A DNA stretch of 64,000 nt, taken from a virus (lineage: Duplodnaviria; Caudoviricetes). The DNA lies in the IMG/VR virus record IMGVR_UViG_3300049792_000048, positions 131,775 to 195,774 of that record, one strand, 5' to 3'. This document shows positions 45,298 to 54,322 of the stretch, in pieces. Position 1 is the stretch's first letter; every line of letters starts with the position of its first letter. The position numbers and the translations under genes were made by a program. The notes under the pieces were generated by a model, which was not told the DNA's origin, searched no databases, and worked only from the letters and a program-made list of their open reading frames with translations.

Positions 45298-46132
45298 CTT
45301 CTACCAGCCACCACCACCCGAGCTCATCGATTGCGCTCCAGAGCAGGCCCTCTGCTACGACTTCATCGAGCAAGCAATCGCCGCGGGATGGCGTGTACTG
45401 CCGGAGTACCCCAACTCGCGGTTCGACATGCTTCTAGTAGCCGAAGAGGGCTGCTCAACCGCGGGGGTACTCGCGGGGACCCAAGTTGGCGTCCAAGCCA
45501 AGATGAAGCTGAATGTCGAGGTGCTGGGCCAGCTCTTCAACGCAACGAGGCACACCCACTACCCCGGCCCCGACTATGTCGTCGCGTTGGTGCCGGGGAA
45601 GTCCCGTACTGACAGTGAGCACACGCTGGAGGAGGCGCTGCGCAAGCTGGGGTACGGCTTCTTCTACATGTACGACCACTTCGATGGGCATGAGCACCCT
45701 CAGTGGAACCGCAAGCACAGCAACCTCGACCACATGTTGGGGTTTGGGAAGCATACCGAGTTCAAGAAGAGGCTGAAGATGCCGGAGGTCCACTTCTGGA
45801 CTGAACCAGGCATCGCAAGTCCAAGCTCGGTGAGTACGTGGAAGATCAGGGCCATCAAGTTCTGCATCGAACTCGATCGAATCGGCGGGATGACCTACAA
45901 AGATTTCTCGACCCACCGCATGACCATCAGCACATGGAAGAACGCGGGCTGGGTGATCGCTGCTCCCGAAAAATCGGGGCGGGCACAGCTCTACATTTTG
46001 AACCCCGACAGCAAGGAGCGTCCCGACAGGAGGCACCCCGAGCTGCGCAAAGAACTGGAGAAACATGAAGAAGGGGAAAAAGAAGCAAGCCGCCAAGCCC
46101 CGCAGGATGGGCAAGACGTACTCGGAGATTGA
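45272..46132 (+). CDS. PD-(D/E)XK-like nuclease
   Basis: GWRVLPE...FDMLLV...VGVQAKMKLN. Confidence 0.6.
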   Translation: MSKPKKRPDFYQPPPPELIDCAPEQALCYDFIEQAIAAGWRVLPEYPNSRFDMLLVAEEGCSTAGVLAGTQVGVQAKMKLNVEVLGQLFNATRHTHYPGPDYVVALVPGKSRTDSEHTLEEALRKLGYGFFYMYDHFDGHEHPQWNRKHSNLDHMLGFGKHTEFKKRLKMPEVHFWTEPGIASPSSVSTWKIRAIKFCIELDRIGGMTYKDFSTHRMTISTWKNAGWVIAAPEKSGRAQLYILNPDSKERPDRRHPELRKELEKHEEGEKEASRQAPQDGQDVLGD

Positions 46133-46415
46133 GCAGGATGTGCACAACTTTCTCCGTGTGGGTGGCAGAGCTGCCAAGGCGATCGGTGGGCTTGATCGTT
46201 TGATTCGGGGAGGTGTCGATCACGTCTTGGGAAGTGTGGTCCGAGAAAACATGGAGACCCGCCTCAGTTACTTGGAACACGAAAACCAAGTGATGCGGGA
46301 GGTACTGATCGCTCTCGTCCAGGAGGGCGGGGAGATTGTTGTGCTGGCTCCCACCAAGCTCTTTGCCCTGAACATCAACAAGAGCACAGGGCATATCACG
46401 GTGAAACGAACATGA
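46065..46415 (+). CDS. hypothetical protein
   Basis: GGAG SD; basic N-terminus. Confidence 0.6.
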   Translation: MKKGKKKQAAKPRRMGKTYSEIEQDVHNFLRVGGRAAKAIGGLDRLIRGGVDHVLGSVVRENMETRLSYLEHENQVMREVLIALVQEGGEIVVLAPTKLFALNINKSTGHITVKRT

Positions 46416-46546
46416 AGTATGTATGGTTCGCCTGCCTCGTTGTAATCAACTTGATGTTGATGGCTGAGTGCGAGCCCCATAGACGCTGTGTGGACAGCCC
46501 AGCCTGTATCTGCCGTAATGACGGCACAATGTGCTGGGACCAGTGA
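46412..46546 (+). CDS. 44-aa Cys-rich, signal-peptide-like microprotein
   Basis: MKYVWFACLVVINLMLMAECEPHRRCVDSPACICRNDGTMCWDQ. Confidence 0.5.
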   Translation: MKYVWFACLVVINLMLMAECEPHRRCVDSPACICRNDGTMCWDQ

Positions 46547-46813
46547 GGCTCTATACGGGCACGTACGGGATGGGAGGGGCGGATGTCCTCCTGATGCAGG
46601 CTCGTGCCTCTCGCGCCCGTGAGGGCGCTGCAAGTGAGCAACTATGGCTGACATCCCTACGTACTTCCCACGCCCAGCTGACTGCGGCAGTGGCTGGAGG
46701 GTGTGCCGCAACAAGAATGGCATTATCTACCAGCTCTGCGACAAGTTGGGCCGCCCCATCACGTTCAGGACGTACGAGGGGGCGAAGCGTCGAGCAGACA
46801 AGAGGAACAAGAC

Positions 46814-47146
46814 ATGAACGACAACTTTCGCCTCGGTAAGGAGTGGGCCGACACCGGGACGCTCTCTTTGATTCCCAAGAAGTACAGGGTGTCGCCCACA
46901 ACGACCGAGGCGTCATCGCTGGCGATCGCCGTGGGCGCAAGCATCAAGGCGATGCTGACGGATCTCGAAGCCAAGGAAGTCAAGCGTGCTGAAGTACGCA
47001 AGGCGGTCGAAGCTGTGTGGGAGGCCAGCGATCCGGTGCTAGCCATCATCAACTCGATGTTGCCTCATCCGGTAGCAGGCCCAGCACGCGTCGACTTCGT
47101 GAAGGCGCTGCACGAGCTGATGGCTGTGACGAAGGAATCCACATGA
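46814..47146 (+). CDS. hypothetical protein
   Basis: GAGG SD. Confidence 0.6.
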   Translation: MNDNFRLGKEWADTGTLSLIPKKYRVSPTTTEASSLAIAVGASIKAMLTDLEAKEVKRAEVRKAVEAVWEASDPVLAIINSMLPHPVAGPARVDFVKALHELMAVTKEST

Positions 47147-47649
47147 ACAACGATGACATTGTACATCCCAACTTGAAGGTGCTGGGCTGCCCGGTCACCA
47201 CCAATGACGGCGACTTCGAGCACATGGCGTTCTGCGAGACGCCGCTCGGCAAGCTCTACTTCAACCGCATGGCTGCCCCCGGTAAGCCGGCGGAGCACTA
47301 CGGTTACTGGCAGTGGGGCATCGAGACGGCCCACCGAGAAGCAGATGACTTCGATACCCTCGACGACGAGAACAAGTACGTCGGTCTCGATCTCGCTGTC
47401 CGTCGTGCCGATCGCTCGTTGCGCGGCATCATCAAGAACTTGGCTGCCATCAAGGCCATCAACACCCGCGTCTTTGTAGAGGAGCGTGTGCCGAACGGTG
47501 ATGATGGTCTCGGCTGGGGTGCGCCTCCGACTTGGTTGGTTACAGTGAAGGGGAAGACCTCCAAGCACGTCGACACCGTCGTCTACACAGGTCCCAAGAT
47601 GTTCGCGGATGAGTTCGCTCGTCTGCTGCGGGAGCTCGAAGTCGAATGA
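47143..47649 (+). CDS. hypothetical protein
   Basis: AAGGA SD; ATGA overlap. Confidence 0.65.
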   Translation: MNNDDIVHPNLKVLGCPVTTNDGDFEHMAFCETPLGKLYFNRMAAPGKPAEHYGYWQWGIETAHREADDFDTLDDENKYVGLDLAVRRADRSLRGIIKNLAAIKAINTRVFVEERVPNGDDGLGWGAPPTWLVTVKGKTSKHVDTVVYTGPKMFADEFARLLRELEVE

Positions 47650-47822
47650 GCACCAACAAGGAGAGGGAGCCCGACTTCTTGTCCGCCTTGGCGTGGATCG
47701 ACATCCACTACGGCACAAAAACAGCTCCCGATGATTCGGAGTGGGATGACCCCAGCGAACGTAAAGCGCACATTGCGCACGCACGCTCATTGGGCTGGAA
47801 GCCACCAACAGGAACATCATGA
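47646..47822 (+). CDS. 58-aa microprotein
   Basis: ATGA overlaps at both ends. Confidence 0.5.
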   Translation: MSTNKEREPDFLSALAWIDIHYGTKTAPDDSEWDDPSERKAHIAHARSLGWKPPTGTS

Positions 47823-47980
47823 AGTGTTCAAGGTGTGACCTGGAACTCAAGTTCGAGAAGGATCGGATCTATTCCGACGGCACCGTCACGAGGTCAGCTC
47901 TCTGTAAGTGCGGCATCCTTCAAGTCTTGGTGCAGCAACCCGTCAAGTTCGACTACATCAAGATCACGCTGAAGATATGA
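47819..47980 (+). CDS. 53-aa Zn-ribbon microprotein
   Basis: MKCSRC...CKCG. Confidence 0.55.
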   Translation: MKCSRCDLELKFEKDRIYSDGTVTRSALCKCGILQVLVQQPVKFDYIKITLKI

Positions 47981-48306
47981 TCATCGGAGACGGTGTTCTC
48001 TTCCCTGACGCCCTCATCATCGTCCGCATGCGCCTGCTACGACTGTGGCCCGAGGCGGTCGTTCTCGATGATCGTCCGATGCTGGGACCGTGGAGGCTGG
48101 AAGAGTCGGTGACGCTGTGGGCGTTGCCTTGCTCAATCTTCGTGTACCGCGATGCTGAGGCCGCGGTGTGTACAGACAATCCGGTCGAGCTGATACAGGT
48201 CTTCGCAACCAGCACCGGCATCACGTTGGTGGTGGAAGAAGACGTGTACGAGAAGGTGGCGCACGAGATCATTCAGGCGCTGCGAGACAACTTGCTGTTG
48301 GTGTGA
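47977..48306 (+). CDS. hypothetical protein
   Basis: ATGA overlap. Confidence 0.55.
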   Translation: MIIGDGVLFPDALIIVRMRLLRLWPEAVVLDDRPMLGPWRLEESVTLWALPCSIFVYRDAEAAVCTDNPVELIQVFATSTGITLVVEEDVYEKVAHEIIQALRDNLLLV

Positions 48307-48308
48307 AT

Positions 48309-48866
48309 ATGAGCGTTTTCAAGTACGAGCCCAACCACGTCTTCGTGGAGTGGGCGCAGAAGCTCGTTCGTGGTGTCCTTGCTGAGATGGTCTGCGACAT
48401 CACGACGAAGGAGCCTGGTGGTCCGATGGTGATGCGTGTCGAGGGAGTGCTTCGTGAACTTGGTCCTCCGCCGATGAACCCCCTCGCTGTCCCGACGGAC
48501 TACGCGTGGCTGATGGGCTTGGTCAGCATGGCTCGCGAGTACGATGCGCAGGCGATGTCCAACCACGGGTTGATGACGCACTACCTCAGCTTGGTAGGTG
48601 GGCCTCCGGGTGAGTCGCTGAATCCAGTCGCAGCTCAGCAGGCGCATGGCTTGTTCGGGGACCAAGTTCCTGATGCTTACAGCAATACGGTGGTGGAGAG
48701 CATCAGGTTCTTGATCCAGGACCGCAACTTGTATCGAGCAGAACTGGTTCGACTCGTCGAGCTCGAACGAGAGATCGCGGAGGCTAAGGCGGAGGTGAAC
48801 CAGAAGCAGTCTCATATGAACACCTTCATCCTTGCCCTTCAAGACAAGCAGCGGCTTCGTAAATAG
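48309..48866 (+). CDS. hypothetical protein with C-terminal coiled coil
   Basis: 185-aa ORF. Confidence 0.65.
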   Translation: MSVFKYEPNHVFVEWAQKLVRGVLAEMVCDITTKEPGGPMVMRVEGVLRELGPPPMNPLAVPTDYAWLMGLVSMAREYDAQAMSNHGLMTHYLSLVGGPPGESLNPVAAQQAHGLFGDQVPDAYSNTVVESIRFLIQDRNLYRAELVRLVELEREIAEAKAEVNQKQSHMNTFILALQDKQRLRK

Positions 48867-48868
48867 CC

Positions 48869-48899
48869 CTATAAAGAAGATGAAAGGAACATGAACATG
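48869..48899 (+). promoter_or_regulatory. putative phage promoter motif, SD and GAACATGAACATG start
   Basis: CTATAAAGAAGATGAAAGGAACATGAACATG. Confidence 0.6.
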
Positions 48900-49012
48900 G
48901 CACGCAAGAAGAAGTCTCCGCCGGTGTATTCGGCGACGGTCACAGTGGTGGAGAAGACGAACCACCTCGGCTCGCTCCGACGCACGCTGCGTGCTCTCGC
49001 GGAGACGATGTC

Positions 49013-49360
49013 GTGAAGGTTGCATCCGAAGCCAAGAGCGAGATGAGCCCGAAGGAGCGCGTCAAGCGCGACATGGAGATTCTTCAGTCCACGAGGAAGA
49101 TGTGGATTGACAAGGCCGAGTCCTCCTACAAGTGGATGAATGATCGGCTGCGGGACTTCACGCACTGTCCGATCTCCGATTACGCCAACAGCATCGCCCG
49201 CTACGCCAATGAGATGTCGGTGTATGTGACGCGGGTCGAGATGTGCAACGAACAGATGGACACCCTGCTTCGCATCATGGTGTCGCTCGATGGCAAGATG
49301 CCCTTCGGCGTCCAACTTCATGCTCATCCCAAGTACAAGAAGCGGGAGGTCAGGACGTAA
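49013..49360 (+). CDS. hypothetical protein
   Basis: Overlap-coupled. Confidence 0.55.
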   Translation: MKVASEAKSEMSPKERVKRDMEILQSTRKMWIDKAESSYKWMNDRLRDFTHCPISDYANSIARYANEMSVYVTRVEMCNEQMDTLLRIMVSLDGKMPFGVQLHAHPKYKKREVRT

Positions 49361-49629
49361 TGGATACGAAGACCAAGGTGTTGCAGGCACTGCGAGATGC
49401 GGGCTATGAGACCATCAACAATGGCAACGTCGGAGCGACGAAGAAGAACGATCGCTTCACCTTCAAGGCGGGCCGCATCCAGGAGTTGGCCTGGTGGACC
49501 TTCGGGATCTCCACTCGCTCGGGACATGAAGCCATCACGGTGATCCCCGAGGAAAGGATCGACATCACGAACATCGCGTACTATGAGGCGAAGCTGACGG
49601 AAGCCCTCTACGTCTTGGAGTCCGTATGA
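49360..49629 (+). CDS. hypothetical protein
   Basis: TAATG overlap. Confidence 0.6.
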   Translation: MDTKTKVLQALRDAGYETINNGNVGATKKNDRFTFKAGRIQELAWWTFGISTRSGHEAITVIPEERIDITNIAYYEAKLTEALYVLESV

Positions 49630-49859
49630 AAGCCAAGCCCAAGTTGAGTAAGCACGAGCAGATGGATCAGGACCTCGGCCGAACACCTTTCTTCAAGGCT
49701 TCCTTGGAAGAGCAAACGGAGCGGGTTCGTTTCGCAGAAAAGATGTTTCCTCCAGAAGACTCTGGAGAAATGGCTCGTGATGAGCTGATCGCGCAGTCTC
49801 TGGGGATCGAGAGCTATCAGTACTTGGAGTTCTTGATGGCGGAGCAAGGTAACGGTTGA
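49626..49859 (+). CDS. hypothetical protein
   Basis: ATGA overlap. Confidence 0.55.
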   Translation: MKAKPKLSKHEQMDQDLGRTPFFKASLEEQTERVRFAEKMFPPEDSGEMARDELIAQSLGIESYQYLEFLMAEQGNG

Positions 49860-50233
49860 TGCGCTGCTTGAGTTGTCAGCAGGAGGTGAGGTCGACAGAC
49901 GCCAAGTTGGTGTTGTCGATTCACCTTTGCCCCGGTTGTGCCTCGATGGCGGAGAAGGGTATCGCTGAGTTGGAGCTGGAGACAGCTCGCGCCCTCATCC
50001 TCGCCAAGAACACCTTCCAGCAGCACATCCTGAAGGGTGGGCTGATGCGAACGACCATCGGCGAGATCGAGCCCATCATCACGTTTTGCCCGAACCCGGA
50101 TTGCGGGCTTCAGCACATCGACAAGGATGGGTGGGTGACCAGAGCTCACAAGACTCATCTGTGTGCGTCATGCAACACGACGTGGCGTCCCAAGGAGACT
50201 GCGACGGTCGGAGTGGAGAAGCTCGGTGGCTGA
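49859..50233 (+). CDS. double Zn-ribbon protein
   Basis: CLSC/CPGC and CPNPDC..HID...HKTHLCASC. Confidence 0.65.
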   Translation: MRCLSCQQEVRSTDAKLVLSIHLCPGCASMAEKGIAELELETARALILAKNTFQQHILKGGLMRTTIGEIEPIITFCPNPDCGLQHIDKDGWVTRAHKTHLCASCNTTWRPKETATVGVEKLGG

Positions 50234-50462
50234 AGACGAGAATGCGCTCAGCAGGTTCGTACTGAGCCTGCCTCCGGGCTATGCCGCCATCATAGTCGAT
50301 GAGGACGGTTCGCTGGTCGAGGGCATCTTCGACGACACCGATGACAAGGTGATGTCTCGCGGCCAAGTGATCGCGATGATGTTTCACACGATGCCGGCTG
50401 AGAAGCTGGACAACCTGATCCAGGAGTTCCTCATGTCGAATGACATCGAAGGTACGGGGTGA
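50226..50462 (+). CDS. small acidic protein
   Basis: GGAG SD; GTG start. Confidence 0.55.
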   Translation: MAEDENALSRFVLSLPPGYAAIIVDEDGSLVEGIFDDTDDKVMSRGQVIAMMFHTMPAEKLDNLIQEFLMSNDIEGTG

Positions 50463-50589
50463 GCGGGTACGTAAAGCGCCGAGCCAACAACCAACGCCGG
50501 CGCGCACTGACTCGAAGATGGAACGCGGGATGGAGGCTGACTGAATCCGCCCCAGTCGCGATAGATCGCACATGTGCAGGCAAAATCGA

Positions 50590-50610
50590 CTATCAGAGAG
50601 CTAGGAGAGG
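50590..50610 (+). promoter_or_regulatory. putative phage promoter motif plus SD
   Basis: CTATCAGAGAGCTAGGAGAGG. Confidence 0.45.
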
Positions 50611-50756
50611 ACCTTCAGGATGACCTCGTCTTGAAGTTGCTCGACAAACCGAGCCGTGATCTTTGGGGCTTCTTCGACCAAGCAAAGAAGAACGCCCAGG
50701 ACGAGCTCATCCTCGGGTCGCTCATCAAGGACCTCGACAAGCTGATGGAGGAAAAC

Positions 50757-50939
50757 ATGAACATGAAGAAGAGTGCGGTGCCGGAGGAGAAGACCGAGAC
50801 CGTGCAGTGTGCGAACTGCCTGGGATTGGTGGAGGGCAAGACGCTTACGTGCATGACGTGCGGCATGGAGGACCTCGGTCCCTGCTGCATCGCCGTGGAC
50901 GACCATCCCTGCGAGGATGCCGAGGAAGAGGAAGGCTGA
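50757..50939 (+). CDS. Cys-rich Zn-finger microprotein (frame open from 50574; start uncertain)
   Basis: GGAGG SD then AAACATGAACATG; CANC, CMTC, CC...HPC. Confidence 0.55.
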   Translation: MNMKKSAVPEEKTETVQCANCLGLVEGKTLTCMTCGMEDLGPCCIAVDDHPCEDAEEEEG

Positions 50940-51049
50940 TGGGCAACGACCTCGACCTTCTGGCATTCATCTTCGGCGTCTTCATCGTTGGGTTCATCTT
51001 GGGCAGCTTCTTCACGCAGATGACGCTCGCTGCTGGAGGGATTCCCTGA
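50939..51049 (+). CDS. 36-aa membrane microprotein
   Basis: Hydrophobic; TGATG overlaps at both ends. Confidence 0.55.
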   Translation: MGNDLDLLAFIFGVFIVGFILGSFFTQMTLAAGGIP

Positions 51050-51366
51050 TGCCGTTTTCAGGAGAGCGCCTCGCACCTAGGGGCAACCCGAAGTCGTGGT
51101 CAGTCACACAAGTCAAGAGAGTCGACAACTTCAACATGCGCATTCGCTGCTTCGTCAACGGGACGACGGAGCGTTGTGATATCGAGGTTGAGGATGGAGC
51201 CAACAAGCGCCGCATCCACGCCTACGAGGGCCCGCACTCTGAGGTTCACGGTGACGGCTTCGTCGCTGGTTACGCTGCGGGCGTGGCTTCGATCAACCTG
51301 AAGCCTCTGACTCCACCGCCCAAGAGGACGTCGAGGAAGCGGAAGCTTGTGAAGAAGGCGGAGTAG
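51049..51366 (+). CDS. hypothetical protein
   Basis: GGAGG SD. Confidence 0.6.
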   Translation: MPFSGERLAPRGNPKSWSVTQVKRVDNFNMRIRCFVNGTTERCDIEVEDGANKRRIHAYEGPHSEVHGDGFVAGYAAGVASINLKPLTPPPKRTSRKRKLVKKAE

Positions 51367-51369
51367 AAC

Positions 51370-52353
51370 ATGAACATGGATTTCGGGGATGTCTTCGCTG
51401 TCGTCGACGGCGGAAGCAACTTCCTGTGTGAACCCTGCGCGAAGGAAGCGGGCGTAGAGCTCGACTCCGAGGATGTGCCTACATGGGAGGTCGGCTCGAA
51501 CGGCTGGCTCGGCCCCATCATGTGCAAGAACTGCAAGCGCTCCATCCCGGTCGTCTGCGATGGGACGGAAGACAAGAAGGACACGAACATGACGGTCACG
51601 AATGGCGATGTTGTGCAGGGAACTCTGCTGCGTGAGGTGTATGCAGAGCTGCTGTACCGCTCGGTCACCAACAACTACTTCGACCGCGAGCATCCGGTGC
51701 GTTCGACGCACATGCGGGATGTGCCAGTCGAGAAGATTCTGAAGTACGCCGATGCGTACCAGAACTTCAACGAGAAGCCGAAGGAGGAGCAGAAGGCGCT
51801 CGCGGCCAAGATCGTAGACAACATCTTCGCTGATCTATTCATCGAGAGCGTGGCTGCGGAGAAGGGCGTGCCACTCTCCTGGCTGACGGGTTCTGCGGCC
51901 GAGCCCAATACTGGTCGGCTCACTCCGAACAAGCGGGTCAGCATCATCTGCTGCGACTTCGATGGAGTGCTTCACTCCTACGTCTCTGGCTGGATGGGCG
52001 GCGCCCACCTCATCGTGGACGATCCGGTTCCGGGCGCCATGGATTGGCTGTCGGGCATGGCTCACGACGACCGCTTCCAGGTCTGCGTCTACAGCAGCCG
52101 CAGCAAAGAACCAGGCGCCATCGATGCGATGAAACAGTGGCTCAAGAAGCACCTGATGGTGATGTACGAGTCGGCCGGTCTCGATCTCGAAGAGCTCGAT
52201 CCTGCTGCACAGTTCGTCATCGACGCACTGGAGTTTCCAACACAGAAGCCAGCTGCGAACATGATGATCGACGACCGCGCCTTCTGCTTCGAGGGGACGT
52301 TCCCGAACGTCGACTGGCTGCTTTCATTCAAACCGTGGAACAAGCGGACATGA
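51370..52353 (+). CDS. HAD-superfamily phosphatase fused to an N-terminal Zn ribbon
   Basis: CEPC/CKNC; CCDFDGVLHSY, PVPGA, VYSSR, KP.A.MMIDDRA. Confidence 0.85.
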   Translation: MNMDFGDVFAVVDGGSNFLCEPCAKEAGVELDSEDVPTWEVGSNGWLGPIMCKNCKRSIPVVCDGTEDKKDTNMTVTNGDVVQGTLLREVYAELLYRSVTNNYFDREHPVRSTHMRDVPVEKILKYADAYQNFNEKPKEEQKALAAKIVDNIFADLFIESVAAEKGVPLSWLTGSAAEPNTGRLTPNKRVSIICCDFDGVLHSYVSGWMGGAHLIVDDPVPGAMDWLSGMAHDDRFQVCVYSSRSKEPGAIDAMKQWLKKHLMVMYESAGLDLEELDPAAQFVIDALEFPTQKPAANMMIDDRAFCFEGTFPNVDWLLSFKPWNKRT

Positions 52354-52826
52354 CGCAAGAGAACCACGGCCTCGACACCAACGCGCAGGTGTTCTTCTAC
52401 GAGCACGACTTCTATCCACTCTCGAACTTCTCGGCGTTCTCCATCGTGTTCAGAGGCACGCGCTACGCGACGAGCGAGCACGCCTACCACGCGATGAAGT
52501 TCGTGACGGTGAACTGGGACTTGTGGGAGTCGATTCGCTCAGCAGAGAGTGCTCACCTCGCGTTCAAGCGGGCCGAAACGGAACGTGCTCGACGTCGACC
52601 CGATTGGGATGCCGTGAAGGTCGACATCATGCGCGAGATCCTCCGCGCGAAGGCCTCACAGCATGAGTACGTGAGGCGGAAGCTGCTTGCGACTGGTGAC
52701 CGTGAGCTCATCGAGGACTCGTGGCGTGACGACTTTTGGGGTTGGGGCCCGAATCTCGATGGTCAGAACATGCTCGGCAAGCTCTGGATGCAGATCCGTG
52801 ATGAGCTTCGTGGCAAGACGGGGTAA
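52350..52826 (+). CDS. NADAR family protein
   Basis: LSNFS, TSEHAYHAMKF, RPDWDAVKVDIM, LLATGDRELIEDS.RD.FWG, GQNMLGKLWM. Confidence 0.92.
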   Translation: MTQENHGLDTNAQVFFYEHDFYPLSNFSAFSIVFRGTRYATSEHAYHAMKFVTVNWDLWESIRSAESAHLAFKRAETERARRRPDWDAVKVDIMREILRAKASQHEYVRRKLLATGDRELIEDSWRDDFWGWGPNLDGQNMLGKLWMQIRDELRGKTG

Positions 52827-52831
52827 ACAAC

Positions 52832-53134
52832 ATGGACTACCTCGAAGAGATCGAACAGCTCCTCGCAAAGTATCCCAACGATGAGCCGTGGAAAGCAGTC
52901 GAGATGAACGAGAGCGGGCATCGCGCTTCGTCGTGGATGAGGGTGTACATCCGGGACTATCGTTACTTCGATGTCGACTTCAGTCACGACGCCAAGCTGA
53001 TCGTCGCGCTGCGGAACGGGGCTTCCGCACTCGTAAAGAGGGTTCGTGACTTGGAAACGCAGGCCCGCAAAGACCAGCAGGAGATGGCACGGCTACGCTT
53101 CCTGGGAGGAAAGGGGACCCGTGATGGATGGTGA
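52832..53134 (+). CDS. Ead/Ea22-like small phage protein
   Basis: PW...DAKLIVALRN...LVKRVR.LE. Confidence 0.55.
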   Translation: MDYLEEIEQLLAKYPNDEPWKAVEMNESGHRASSWMRVYIRDYRYFDVDFSHDAKLIVALRNGASALVKRVRDLETQARKDQQEMARLRFLGGKGTRDGW

Positions 53135-53294
53135 CAAGATCACTCCCTGGGACCACGCCCGTGAAGCCCTCATCATCGTCTTCAGCACGTTGGTGATCGT
53201 GAGCATCATTCTGCTACTCGCCGCCGCCTTCCATCACTTCGACCAGCAAGGAGAACAACATGAAGAACCCGTTCAAGAACGCCGAGACCGCTGA
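53124..53294 (+). CDS. small membrane protein
   Basis: One TM segment. Confidence 0.5.
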   Translation: MDGDKITPWDHAREALIIVFSTLVIVSIILLLAAAFHHFDQQGEQHEEPVQERRDR

Positions 53295-53850
53295 CGAGTT
53301 CCTCTCGATGCTCCGCAAGGAGCTGGAGAAGATCTTGGGCAGGAAGTTCCGGTACTGGAAGACCTCACAGGTATGGGTGGATGTGAATGGGTTGGGCCGT
53401 GACCCAGGCCGTCTCTGCTTCACGATCGATGCGGACCGCATCCAGCACCCGAAGACCCGGTACCATCCCATCGATTGGTACCAGCTCGCAGAAGGGGATC
53501 GCTACTATGACTTCCCGAAGAGTTCGCGTATCGGGAGGTGGCATGGCTTCGGTCCCAGCTTCGAGATTCATGGTTCCAGCGGTGGGAGTGGGGCGAAGGA
53601 GAGTACTTACAGAAAGACCGCGTACGTCTATCTCAAGTACCTCCCCAAGCTCGCCAAGATCGTTGCGAACAACGAGAAGATCCGTCGTGGCGAGATCGCA
53701 GTGGTCGAGAACAACGCCGAGTTGAGAGCGTTGGCTGAGGAGGTTAACACCCTCGGCAAGAAGCTTTCGATGCTCACCGACAAGCTGCGGACTGAGTACC
53801 GCTCTGAGCATCCGACGATCGATCCCATCAACGGGAGAACGTACTCGTAA
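53260..53850 (+). CDS. hypothetical protein
   Basis: AAGGAG SD; C-terminal coiled coil. Confidence 0.7.
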   Translation: MKNPFKNAETADEFLSMLRKELEKILGRKFRYWKTSQVWVDVNGLGRDPGRLCFTIDADRIQHPKTRYHPIDWYQLAEGDRYYDFPKSSRIGRWHGFGPSFEIHGSSGGSGAKESTYRKTAYVYLKYLPKLAKIVANNEKIRRGEIAVVENNAELRALAEEVNTLGKKLSMLTDKLRTEYRSEHPTIDPINGRTYS

Positions 53851-54096
53851 GTGCCTCGTCCTAAACAACATCATGTTGACGGAGAGTCTGTGGACGAAGA
53901 TACGAACGAACAAGAGAAGGCCTACTTCTTCATCTTGTTCTTGGTTGTAGCGATGGCCTTCATCGGCTATGCCCGCTATCACGACAACATCGAGCGACAG
54001 CGGTGTGTTCAGGATGGCGGGTACGTCGAAGAGGTTTTGGACGAGCGGGGTCGACTCACCGAGGACTGGACTTGCCGTCGGGAAGACAGGGACTGA
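53851..54096 (+). CDS. small membrane protein
   Basis: TM segment followed by C..DGG...C. Confidence 0.55.
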   Translation: MPRPKQHHVDGESVDEDTNEQEKAYFFILFLVVAMAFIGYARYHDNIERQRCVQDGGYVEEVLDERGRLTEDWTCRREDRD

Positions 54097-54097
54097 G

Positions 54098-54322
54098 ATG
54101 AGCAACTTGAAGGTCGAGGTCGAGAAAGAAGAGGATGGTCGCTGGATCGGGGAGGTCGATGCCCTTCCCGGGGTCGCGGCTTACGGGAACAGTCCCGAGC
54201 AGGCTGTCTGCAACACGCGGGTGCTGGCCCTTCGTGTACTTGCAGATCGGCTGGAGAACGGTGAGGCTCTTCCCGAGGGCGTCGAGCGCTGGCTCATGGA
54301 GATGCTCCCGAGGAAAACATGA
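54098..54322 (+). CDS. hicB: HicB-family antitoxin domain (orphan, 74 aa)
   Basis: VEKEEDGRWIGEVDALPGVAAYGNSPEQAV...ALRVLADRLENGE. Confidence 0.85.
   Translation: MSNLKVEVEKEEDGRWIGEVDALPGVAAYGNSPEQAVCNTRVLALRVLADRLENGEALPEGVERWLMEMLPRKT

Noticed and set aside
49814-49820. CTATCAG heptamer
   Set aside because: It is inside a CDS and lacks the downstream purine-rich AGRT element; not counted.
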